Shown piece by piece: positions 1 to 8,084 of a stretch of 25,440 bases of DNA; the stretch's first letter is position 1, and each line of letters begins with the position of its first letter. Where the stretch lies: positions 1 to 25,440 of the forward strand of contig BBVC01000013.1 of assembly GCA_001192655.1 (NCBI GenBank), read 5' to 3'. The notes beneath the pieces are model-generated. The model ran no database searches. It was not told the origin of the DNA and saw only the letters and a list, made by a program, of their open reading frames with translations. This DNA is from Caedimonas varicaedens. Lineage in GTDB: Bacteria; Pseudomonadota; Alphaproteobacteria; Caedimonadales; Caedimonadaceae. Both the position numbers and the translations under genes were made by a program.

Positions 1-18
1 TATGTTGTTAGCTATATT
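1..18. repeat. Left copy of 18-nt window-terminal inverted repeat (TATGTTGTTAGCTATATT)
   Basis: Exact reverse complement of 25423..25440. The joined ends would form a perfect 36-bp palindrome. Confidence 0.9.
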
Positions 19-92
19 TTTTTATCTCAGGTGTATCAATTTTCATCCGAGGATTTTTAAAAATCTGTATCAAATTTCAGCCGATGTTGACA
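15..92 (+). mobile_element. Solo 78-bp fragment of the IS21-family right terminus
   Basis: Identical by eye to 18636..18713 and to the reverse complement of 14533..14610. Ends ...CCGATGTTGACA. The IS interior is replaced by the terminal 18-nt repeat. Confidence 0.9.
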
Positions 93-643
93 TGATAACG
101 GTTAATCTGGTTAAAAGCCTCGCGTATTTCAACACCACGTCGTTTGATTTCCATATGGAGCAAAGGTAAACCGTTCACGAGAACCGAGATGTCATAGCGG
201 TTTTGACGCATTCCCAGGGCTTCATATTGATTGATCACTTGAAGATGATTGTTATGGATATTTTCTTTATCGATGATGTGGATATTCTTCGTTGTACCAT
301 CGTCACGATAGAGGTTATAACTGGGGTCTTCTTGTATCTTCTTGGTTTTTTCTTCAATGGGATCGTTCTTGCGGGCAAGGTAGTTGTTGAGTAGTTGATT
401 CCATTCAGCCTCTGAAAAAACGATGTTGTTAAGACGAGAAAGCTGTCGTCGCAGATTGTTGATCAGGTCTTCATTATTTCTAAGGGGAAGGTATTCATAA
501 CCATTGGACTGCAAAACAAGAAGACACTCTTGTTCCAGCTCCTCCTCAGATTGGGATTCCTGTGAATGACGATCCGTGGGCATATATTCAGCGACGACCG
601 TGCTGTTGGGGGTTTCGGCAATCGTGTGGTAGAAAGTCATCAA
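77..643 (-). pseudogene. hsdR: Type I restriction enzyme R subunit, N-terminal fragment only, truncated by the IS terminus
   Basis: HsdR N-terminal PD-(D/E)xK nuclease motif (RYDISVLVNGLPLLHMEIKRRG). Only about 184 native codons, whereas HsdR proteins are several-fold longer. The last residues VNIG and the TGA stop are read from IS sequence (77..92). ATGA overlap with hsdS at 640..643. Confidence 0.85.
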
Positions 644-1830
644 CAGACCTCTTTGAAGCTAAGAAGCTTATCACGATAATATCTGTATTGTTCACGACGT
701 GCCGCAATCTCCGCAGGTAACCCCTGAGACAGGTCGTTGATCAACATATGGAATTTATCAAGAATGGAAACAATCCGCTCTTGTTCAGCAAGAGGTGGAA
801 CGGGAATGGAAATAAGTCGTAATTCGGTCATCGGTATGCTGACGACCGTTGAGCCAGATGACCTCATATTAAGTTGACGAACTACTTGTGCAGAACCAAG
901 AACATATAGTAAGAATTTAGAAGAAATGATTTTTTTGTTTGGCGTAATTGCATAAATACCTTCTTTAATATTCCAGTTTTTAGGTTGTACTTCTATAAGT
1001 GCTGTTCTTCCAATAGTACCTGTTCCTGAAAATAAGATGTCTCCTATCTGCAGCTTTGACCGATTATTAATAATCGCTATTGCCTTTTTATCCACTCTAT
1101 CTGTTTTTTCTGAGAAAGTTACATCTTTACCAGCAAGCTCGCGCACAGTAACGTAATATTCTGTAGCGTTTAGAGGATTAAGTTTAAAATTATTGCGAGG
1201 GTTCAAACCTGTTCTCAGTGCAATAATTAACTCTCCCAAAGCCTTAAACTCAACCCCATCAAAAGTAAGCAGCTGATCTCGATAGTACGCATACTGTTTC
1301 TGCCTCGCCTCAAGCTCTGCCTCAAGCTCTGCCTCAAGCTCTGCCTCAAGCTCTGTAAAAGCGTCTAGAACGCGAACAATCTCTTGCTGAACTTCAAGAG
1401 GTGGAAGGGGGATTTTAAATGCAGAATATATTGAAATCCATTGACGTGCATGACTTGCAACAACATATCGAATGCATTTCATTGCATAATAAACATATCT
1501 AAATATTACGTTATACTTAGGTGTTAGTATTTTCATTGCAGAACTTTTTACTTTAAAAGAAAAATCCACCCAATGAAAAGAAGTAGTAAAATCATCAAAT
1601 ATGATGACAGGATGACTTGAGCAAGCCTTATAGATTCCATAAACTTCATCTGTATATCCCAAGACGAAAGTATCGCCAGCAGTCAGCACAGGCGTTGAAT
1701 GGTTCTTGTGGTATTGCGTTGATTTTACGATATATGGATCTGGTCGAGCATAATGCAAAATTTCTCCCAAAATTTTAAACTCCACGCCATTGGGGCAATG
1801 CTTGGCGATAAGGTCATCAATTCTGCTCAT
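640..1830 (-). CDS. hsdS: Type I R-M specificity subunit HsdS (two target-recognition domains)
   Basis: Two variable domains separated by a central conserved helix (QQEIVRVLDAF...YAYYRDQLLTF) and a C-terminal conserved helix (LAEQERIVSILDKF...YRYYRDKLLSF). Overlaps hsdM and hsdR by 4 nt each. Confidence 0.9.
   Translation of the reverse strand: MSRIDDLIAKHCPNGVEFKILGEILHYARPDPYIVKSTQYHKNHSTPVLTAGDTFVLGYTDEVYGIYKACSSHPVIIFDDFTTSFHWVDFSFKVKSSAMKILTPKYNVIFRYVYYAMKCIRYVVASHARQWISIYSAFKIPLPPLEVQQEIVRVLDAFTELEAELEAELEAELEARQKQYAYYRDQLLTFDGVEFKALGELIIALRTGLNPRNNFKLNPLNATEYYVTVRELAGKDVTFSEKTDRVDKKAIAIINNRSKLQIGDILFSGTGTIGRTALIEVQPKNWNIKEGIYAITPNKKIISSKFLLYVLGSAQVVRQLNMRSSGSTVVSIPMTELRLISIPVPPLAEQERIVSILDKFHMLINDLSQGLPAEIAARREQYRYYRDKLLSFKEVC
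1307..1354. repeat. Perfect 12-bp tandem repeat x4 (GCCTCAAGCTCT) inside hsdS, encoding (ELEA)4
   Basis: Counted directly: four contiguous identical units. They lie in the central conserved coiled-coil spacer of HsdS. Confidence 0.95.
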
Positions 1831-3398
1831 GATGCTTCTCTTTCAAGATCAGCAACAATCCCATCAATTTGTGTGCGCAATTCAGATTGACGATCAACAA
1901 TTTGTGCAATACGAGCATTGAGTTGGGCAATATCCACCACCTCACGGGTGTCTTTTTGTGCTATGTATGTCCCAACACTCAAATTGTAATCATGCGCTAC
2001 AATTTCTGAATGATCCACAAGACGTGAAAAGTGTTCCTGAGTATTTCGATTGATATAGCAATCCAGAATTTTCTTTGTGTTTTTTTCTGTTAATTTATTT
2101 TTAGCAGAACCACGCATAAACTCTTCTTGCGCATCTATGAACAGCGTTGTGTTATCTTTTTTGTTTTTCTTCAAAACGAGGATGCACGTCGCAATGGTTG
2201 TGCCAAAGAAAAGATCAGCGGGTAACTGGATGATCGTATCGATGTAATTGTCATCGATCAGATATTTCCTGATTTTTTGCTCTGCATTTCCTCGATATAA
2301 AATACCCGGGAAACAAACAATCGCCGCTGTACCGTTATTCGCAAGCCAAGCAAGAACATGCATCACAAAGGCAAAATCTGCCTTTGATTTGGGAGCAAGA
2401 ATGCCTGCCTTCGTAAAACGTTTATCATTAATCAGGAGAGGGCTTGAATCCCCATCCCACTTGATGGAATAGGGAGGATTGGAAACAATAGCTTCAAACG
2501 GCTCATCATCCCAATGTTTGGGATCGGTCAGCGTATTCCCATGGGCAATGTTGAATTGTCCATAATTAATGTCATGGAGAAACATATTAATGCGGCAAAG
2601 ATTGTAAGTGGTGATATTTATTTCCTGACCAAAAAAACCATTACGGATATTTTCTTTGCCCAATACTTTGGCAAACTTCAGAAGGAGAGACCCTGAACCG
2701 CACGCAGGATCATACACTTTGTTCACTTTTGTTTTGCCTGCAATCGTAATGCGCGCAAGAAGCTCTGAAACTTCCTGGGGTGTAAAAAACTCACCCCCAG
2801 ACTTTCCTGCATTCGCGGCATACATCGTCATCAGGTATTCATAAGCGTCTCCAAACACATCAATCGTGTGACCGTTATAATCACCCAAACTCAAACTACC
2901 AATCGCGTTCATCAACTTGACAAGCAATTCATTGCGTTGCGTAAGCGTCCCTCCTAATTTATTACTATTGACGTCAATATCGTCAAATAACCCCTGCATG
3001 TTTCTTTCGCTGTCCGTGTCTTTGGCCGAAGCTTCAATATTACGAAAGACTCTCTCGAGGGTTTCATTCAGGTTGATGTCATGATGAGCCTTGATCCTGA
3101 CGTTTTCGAATAATTCACTGGGAGAGATGAAAAACCCTTTATCGTTGATAATAGAGTCGCGACCACGCGCTGCTTTCTCATCGGGAAAAAGAGCATAATT
3201 GAAACCATCTTCTCCTGCTGCCTGCTGTTTTGCGTTGATGTAAGAAGAGAGGTTATCTGAAATAAAGCGATAAAATAACATCCCAAGAACGTATTGCTTG
3301 AAGTCCCAACCATCTATATTGCCACGAAGATCGTTGGCTATTTTCCAGATGGTTGAATGAAGAGCCGCACGTTCTTGTTCTTTTTTATGATCAATCAT
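1827..3398 (-). CDS. hsdM: Type I R-M N6-adenine DNA methyltransferase subunit HsdM
   Basis: HsdM_N-type N terminus (WKIANDLRG...YVLGMLFYRFISD), AdoMet motif VYDPACGSGSLL, catalytic motif VSNPPYSIKW. Confidence 0.95.
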   Translation of the reverse strand: MIDHKKEQERAALHSTIWKIANDLRGNIDGWDFKQYVLGMLFYRFISDNLSSYINAKQQAAGEDGFNYALFPDEKAARGRDSIINDKGFFISPSELFENVRIKAHHDINLNETLERVFRNIEASAKDTDSERNMQGLFDDIDVNSNKLGGTLTQRNELLVKLMNAIGSLSLGDYNGHTIDVFGDAYEYLMTMYAANAGKSGGEFFTPQEVSELLARITIAGKTKVNKVYDPACGSGSLLLKFAKVLGKENIRNGFFGQEINITTYNLCRINMFLHDINYGQFNIAHGNTLTDPKHWDDEPFEAIVSNPPYSIKWDGDSSPLLINDKRFTKAGILAPKSKADFAFVMHVLAWLANNGTAAIVCFPGILYRGNAEQKIRKYLIDDNYIDTIIQLPADLFFGTTIATCILVLKKNKKDNTTLFIDAQEEFMRGSAKNKLTEKNTKKILDCYINRNTQEHFSRLVDHSEIVAHDYNLSVGTYIAQKDTREVVDIAQLNARIAQIVDRQSELRTQIDGIVADLEREAS

Positions 3399-3491
3399 TC
3401 TTTGCCTTTAAATATATGCAGTGGATACCTTGTGTCATGCATAGAGGTTTTGCGTCCCTCACAGGTGTGAAGACTCCAGATCAAACAACAC

Positions 3492-3812
3492 TCAAAAATA
3501 TCTTGAGCGGTCACTCTCTTTTATCTGTATCTCTAAAGATAACTTAACTTTTTGAGATGCTTTGAACGAAACCCGTTTGCGAGCAGAGATCGTAGCCACT
3601 TTTTTGGTTCTGGGATTACGACCGAGCCTTTCTTTTTTGCTCAAAACTCTGAACGTGCCAAAATGGGGTAAAGTTAACCTTTCATCCCGCACGATCCCCT
3701 CTATCATCTGATCAAACAAAAGATCAATCAGGGGAAGAGCTTTAGAGAACGATAAACCCATCTCCTCAGAGATATGCTCGGCTAAACTTCGACGAATCAG
3801 GGTGTCAGACAT
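3492..3812 (-). CDS. HU/IHF-family DNA-binding protein, IHF-alpha-like (pair 1)
   Basis: Signature FGTFRVLSKKERLGRNPRTKKVATISARKRVSFKAS. Its start overlaps the stop of the upstream beta-like gene by 16 nt. Confidence 0.85.
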   Translation of the reverse strand: MSDTLIRRSLAEHISEEMGLSFSKALPLIDLLFDQMIEGIVRDERLTLPHFGTFRVLSKKERLGRNPRTKKVATISARKRVSFKASQKVKLSLEIQIKESDRSRYF

Positions 3813-4111
3813 GATGACCTCTCTCCTTGCTTGCCATTCAGACGATCCTTTAATGTTTTACCAGCTTTAAAAAATAAGATTCTTTTCGTAGAGACAGAAA
3901 CAGATTCTCCCGTTTTAGGGTTACGACCTAATCGTGACTGTCGAACACGAGGACAAAAAACACCAAACCCCCGAATCTCAACACGTTGATCACAATCAAC
4001 CGTATGAACTATTTTTTTTAAAACAAGAGACACCAACGTCTCAATTTGCTTGTCAGATATTTCTGACCCTACCGCAAGGCGCAAGGAAGCCATTAATTGA
4101 GCGCGATTCAT
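3797..4111 (-). CDS. HU/IHF-family DNA-binding protein, IHF-beta-like (pair 1)
   Basis: VEIRGFGVFCPRVRQSRLGRNPKTGESVSVSTKRILFFKAGKTLKDRLNG closely follows the IHF-beta pattern. Confidence 0.85.
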   Translation of the reverse strand: MNRAQLMASLRLAVGSEISDKQIETLVSLVLKKIVHTVDCDQRVEIRGFGVFCPRVRQSRLGRNPKTGESVSVSTKRILFFKAGKTLKDRLNGKQGERSSCLTP

Positions 4112-4233
4112 GATAAAAATAACCTTATCTTTAAAGTCATGTTTAAACCTTATCTTCTTTCAAGGGATCAAGCTTATATTGCATCAGCACAATGATAATC
4201 ATCTCGCTCTTTAGTTTCAAGAGGTTACTATCT

Positions 4234-5664
4234 CTATAAAATATTTAACCGTTTTCTAATCGCCTCAACATCAGGATTCATGGGGTCATGGGGCTTTCGA
4301 GCATTATGCGCTTCAAAGTCCAGCAATAACGCTTCAAGCTTCTCTCTCCCCTTTGCCGTTAAGGCAGCCTTGCGAGGCGTCTTGCCCTGTAATGCCGGAA
4401 GAGGTTCATCAATCCAACTTAACCAGTGTTGTTGACCCATCTGTTCTAAATGAGCTTGAACCTCCGGTAAATGATTCAGAGATTCTATGGGAGTTGAAGA
4501 AACAGACTCCCCAGCAGACATCACCTGATCCAGTGTCTCCATCAGGGTGTTTTGATAAACAGCATCTTCTTGTAAAAGATCCTTGACCAGAGACTGAATC
4601 TTCTCTGCTCTCCCCCGTGAGTTCACAGCAATGGTCAGTTGAGCTTTCTCAATCGTGATATGCCCCATCACCGTATTGTCCCAGCTTTTCATTTTCTCAT
4701 TGCCTTTTTTAAGCCAGCTGAATTCAAGACGTTCAAGGTGTCCCTGCTTGTCTCGTTGGGCATCCTCCAGAATGTCTTCAGCCGTATCATACAGTGTGAG
4801 AAGTAAAAGCCTGGATAATGCTTCTTCGGGTGTAATCTTTAGCTTGAAATGAACCTTGCAAAATTCCATGGGTTCATTATCTGTATTTCGCATCTCCGGC
4901 AAGGGATTGTTATGCTCATGTAAGACGGCCTGTAAAGCCCAGGCTCGCAATTCGTTGTCAACGTCTCTCATCAAGGCAGGCGTGAGAGCTTTCTTTCTGA
5001 ACATCTTTTTTAAACTGTCTTTGACGTCAATCAGCTGTAAATGATAATGAGAGGAAATCACATAGGGTAACATACCAGAACTAATAGATTGATCATCCAG
5101 ACAAACAAGGCGCGTAAAAACAATATGACCTTTTTCTAAAAACTGAGTCCCTTGTTTTTCTTTAATAGTGTGTTCTGTTCCAAGGAAAATATCTTTCAGA
5201 TGAACGCTTTTTTCAGGAACAACATCCAACACATAGTAAAAGCTATAATAACTTTGACAAAAAGCTTCCAACACTCTCTTTTGGTAAGGTGTCAGGGTAT
5301 AGCCCCTCCTCTCAAGATACTGCAGACCAATTTCTTTTTCTGGAACATAGTCCATGCGAGGAATCCAGGTAAACAGAAACCACGGGATGAATAAGGTGGG
5401 GACTAAAAGCTCCTCAACATCTTCAGGAACTTCTTCTCCCGCTTTAAACTCTTCAAGAGCTGTCTTCATGATGTCTCGGGGAAGATGACTATTCACATAA
5501 GGAAGTAAAATATCACCAACAAGCTCTCCTTCTGTCTGACGAATTTTACGCCATGAGAAATCCAGAATATCGTCAGAAGCCGTCATACAGCATTTTTTAT
5601 GTTTTTTTCCGCTTCCGCAAGGACAAAGGTCATTGCGACCTGTTTTGAGATGATGAACCGTCAT
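4234..5664 (-). CDS. SEC-C metal-binding-motif protein of unknown function, with an Xre/MbcA/ParS (DUF2384)-like C-terminal segment
   Basis: N-terminal CPCGSGKKHKKCC (SecA C-terminal zinc motif). The C-terminal WLSWIDEPLPALQGKTPRKAALTAKGREKLEALLLDFE resembles the DUF2384 toxin-binding domain, recognised from memory only. Confidence 0.7.
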   Translation of the reverse strand: MTVHHLKTGRNDLCPCGSGKKHKKCCMTASDDILDFSWRKIRQTEGELVGDILLPYVNSHLPRDIMKTALEEFKAGEEVPEDVEELLVPTLFIPWFLFTWIPRMDYVPEKEIGLQYLERRGYTLTPYQKRVLEAFCQSYYSFYYVLDVVPEKSVHLKDIFLGTEHTIKEKQGTQFLEKGHIVFTRLVCLDDQSISSGMLPYVISSHYHLQLIDVKDSLKKMFRKKALTPALMRDVDNELRAWALQAVLHEHNNPLPEMRNTDNEPMEFCKVHFKLKITPEEALSRLLLLTLYDTAEDILEDAQRDKQGHLERLEFSWLKKGNEKMKSWDNTVMGHITIEKAQLTIAVNSRGRAEKIQSLVKDLLQEDAVYQNTLMETLDQVMSAGESVSSTPIESLNHLPEVQAHLEQMGQQHWLSWIDEPLPALQGKTPRKAALTAKGREKLEALLLDFEAHNARKPHDPMNPDVEAIRKRLNIL

Positions 5665-5960
5665 GCCTTCCTCTAAACGTTCTTTAAATCACTAGGGCTT
5701 ATAAATCATTTTTACGGTCAAGATTCAAGAAAGATAAAAAAGGGATTCACATTACTCAAGAAATATGGTTGAGTGAAGAAATATATTTTTAAGGGTCAAT
5801 GATGTCTCAAACCTATTGCAAATCAACACTTTCTTGGAATTCTGCCACCAATTCAACTTCTGGGAAAGTTCGGTTGGTGGGCGCTACACCATTTTCTGGA
5901 CATCTGAACCCGCACTCACTCTCACAGTCAAGTCTTAATTTTACCCTAAATCCAGCAAAA

Positions 5961-6057
5961 TATCATAATTCTATCATAAACTGCCGAAGGCTTTTTGCAA
6001 AGAATCGTTTTATTCCAAGCGATTGCGAGCGATCTCTCTATCATAATTCTATCATAA
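5961..6057. repeat. Two copies of the 19-bp direct repeat TATCATAATTCTATCATAA (5961..5979 and 6039..6057), each containing TATCATAA twice
   Basis: Read directly. Located 35-130 bp upstream of the integrase start codon. Confidence 0.9.
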
Positions 6058-6091
6058 TCTCACGCAAAGAACCCATATGGAGGAATAGGAT

Positions 6092-7080
6092 ATGAATCGT
6101 CTAAAAATCACCAACACCATGATTGAAAAAGCGCAACCCAACGGCAGAGCTTACGCCCTTGCCGACGCGGTTGTTCCCGGTCTTTTGGTTATTATTAACC
6201 CTTCGGGGGTGAAGACGTTTTGTTTGCGATTACAAAGTTTCAGAAAGAAGCTGGGCGTTTATCCTTACGATAAGATTGAGGTCGCCCGCCAGAAAGGCAT
6301 TGAGTGCCATTCTGAACATTTACAGGAGATCCGTATGAAAAATTAGCGCAAAGACCTCAACCTTACCCTGCCCGTCCATAAACTGGTGGAAGAATACCTT
6401 GAGTTTAAGAAAAGCTCTTTATCGGAGAAAACGTGGAAAGAATACACTTATACCTGGAACAAGTGCGGACGAGATAAATTAGGCGACATCTTTATCCCCA
6501 ACCTCACCGATGCTCATGTGAACGCACTCTTTATTCAACTCAAGGATACGTATTCCCACACAGAAACTCTGAAGATTATTCTTCTGGCTGCTTTTAAATA
6601 CGGCAAACAGAAAGGATATCCTGTTGCTGTTTTAGATGGGGAAAGCTGGGTGCGATATAAGCGGCCGGTTAAGGAACGGTATTTAACGTCGGGAGAGTTG
6701 AGCGCGTTTGCTGGTCTCATGGCAGAACGTAAAAGTCGTTCTGTTCCTTATGGCAAACTTCCCCAGCAGATGATTGCTATGGAACTGCTTTTATATACAG
6801 GCTGCCGATGTTCCGAGATTCTGGAGCTTAAATGGTCGGATATTTTTTTCAAGGAAGGTTATCTTCAGCTTTGGAAGACCAAGACCCGCAAGGGACGGTT
6901 GATCCCCTTATCGGATAAAATCCGATCCTTACTGGAGGAAGCCCGTCAGTTTGAAAGTGGGGTGTCTTTTGTGGGGAATATCGAGCAGGTTCTCCTCTTG
7001 TTTCAGTCGGCTTACTTTCTCTTTAAGGATGAACTCTCAAAAATCACCGATCACGGATTGAGGAAATTTTCCCACTGGGA
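6092..7080 (+). pseudogene. int: P4-type tyrosine integrase, degraded (in-frame TAG at 6344..6346, catalytic C terminus missing)
   Basis: Arm-binding DUF4102-like N terminus (LKITNTMIEKAQPNG...GLLVIINPSGVKTFCLR). The frame continues after the TAG into a SAM-like domain and catalytic box I (LLLYTGCRCSEILELKWSDI). A possible HxLR box (DHGLRKF) is present, but there is no LGH...Y tail. The 3' boundary is approximate. Confidence 0.8.
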
Positions 7081-7393
7081 TCATTTCAAGGCAGAAGCCG
7101 TTCAGACTCTGGATCAGGAATATACATCTCTGGTGAAGTTTGTTGAAACCTATCATGATAAGACGCCCCATGCGTTGGAGAAAATAAGGCAGGTTTGCCA
7201 ATTCACAGAAGAGGAGGCGGATGTCATTGTCACTACGGCGCATAAAGCCAAGGGGAGACAGTGGGATCAGGTCTGTCTTAACGATGATTTTAAACAGAAT
7301 ACATCGGAAGAACTGAATATTTTTTATGTGGCCTTAACCCGCGCTGTGTCTGTGCTTGATCTCTCTAAAATCAAGGCGGACATGCGGTTTTAG
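7081..7393 (+). pseudogene. C-terminal fragment of a UvrD/PcrA-like SF1 helicase, fused in frame to the integrase remnant
   Basis: VIVTTAHKAKGRQWDQVCLNDDF...LNIFYVALTRAVSVLDL matches the UvrD_C terminal motifs. No Walker A/B helicase core is present upstream. The 5' boundary is approximate. Confidence 0.7.
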
Positions 7394-7413
7394 GAAGAGA
7401 GGGCGAGAGGGGT

Positions 7414-7956
7414 ATGACGGAGAAAATGATTGTGCAGGAGAGGGGTGTTGATCGCTTGTCCTTCTTGAGGGTAGGTTATGCGTGCCTGATCTTTGGGCTT
7501 TCTGCCATGATTCATGATGTTAATGCTCGGCAGGACGTCAGAACAGAGCAAAACATCCAGGTCTGTTTTACGCCCCGGAAGCAATGTTTGCCCCTCATCT
7601 TGGGAGAGATTCGCAAGGCGAGAAAAGAGATTTTGGTTCAGGCTTATCAACTCACCTCAAAATCTATAGCCCGGGCTTTGCAGGAAGACCACCTGAGAGG
7701 GGTATCCGTGATGATTTTAGCGGACAAATCCCAGGAAGTATCCCGCTATAGTCAGATTCCTTTTCTGACTCAGGCAGGAATTGACGTGAGGATAGATGAT
7801 CGGGTAGCTATTGCCCACAATAAGGTGATCCTCATTGATGGACACATCCTCATAGGCGGCTCCTACAATGATTCCGAGTCTGCGGAGAAGAGGAATGCGG
7901 AAAACCTTCTGATCATCCGAGATCACGGGGTCATTGCAGAATACAGGGAGAATTAG
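7414..7956 (+). CDS. Phospholipase D-family endonuclease (Nuc-like), probably exported
   Basis: Single HKD motif (AHNKVILIDGHILIGGSYNDSESAEKRNAENLLII). Hydrophobic N-terminal segment VGYACLIFGLSAMIHDVNA. Overall layout resembles plasmid Nuc. Confidence 0.85.
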   Translation: MTEKMIVQERGVDRLSFLRVGYACLIFGLSAMIHDVNARQDVRTEQNIQVCFTPRKQCLPLILGEIRKARKEILVQAYQLTSKSIARALQEDHLRGVSVMILADKSQEVSRYSQIPFLTQAGIDVRIDDRVAIAHNKVILIDGHILIGGSYNDSESAEKRNAENLLIIRDHGVIAEYREN

Positions 7957-8084
7957 CATATACGGAAACAAGTTTCCCTTCCCCTGATCCTGCACCCCTG
8001 AAAAAACTGGATCGCTTTTTCTGACTGGTTTTGCTAAGCTATCAAAAGAGTAAAATCAATGTATCCATAAGCAGAAGAAAAACC

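Noticed and set aside
93-115. A hybrid promoter formed by the terminal TTGACA of the solo IS end with a downstream -10.
   Set aside because: No acceptable -10 hexamer lies at 16-18 bp spacing, and the direction is antisense to the hsdR stub.
1307-1354. The tandem repeat as a possible CRISPR or minisatellite locus.
   Set aside because: The units are contiguous with no spacers, in frame, and inside hsdS. This is a coding coiled-coil repeat.
2248-2844. Plus-strand ORFs antisense to hsdM. Similar shadow ORFs occur at 203..394, 4353..5394, 8034..8990, 10557..11043, 19410..19844, 20091..20396, 20530..21416, 21666..23153 and 23270..25154.
   Set aside because: They lie entirely within well-supported genes on the opposite strand or in another frame, and have no motifs. 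They are typical shadow ORFs.
5876-5891. TGGTGGGCGCTACACC, whose complement ...GGTGTAGCGCCCACCA looks like a tRNA/tmRNA acceptor 3' end with CCA. It could be an att remnant next to the integrase.
   Set aside because: The upstream 60 nt on that strand give no T-arm (GCGGG TTCAGAT GTCC does not pair) and no matching 5' acceptor strand. The evidence is too weak for a tRNA gene or fragment.
5799-6095. 98-aa plus-strand ORF upstream of the integrase.
   Set aside because: Low-complexity, repeat-containing sequence with no motif. It overlaps the TATCATAA repeats and is most likely non-coding att/regulatory DNA.
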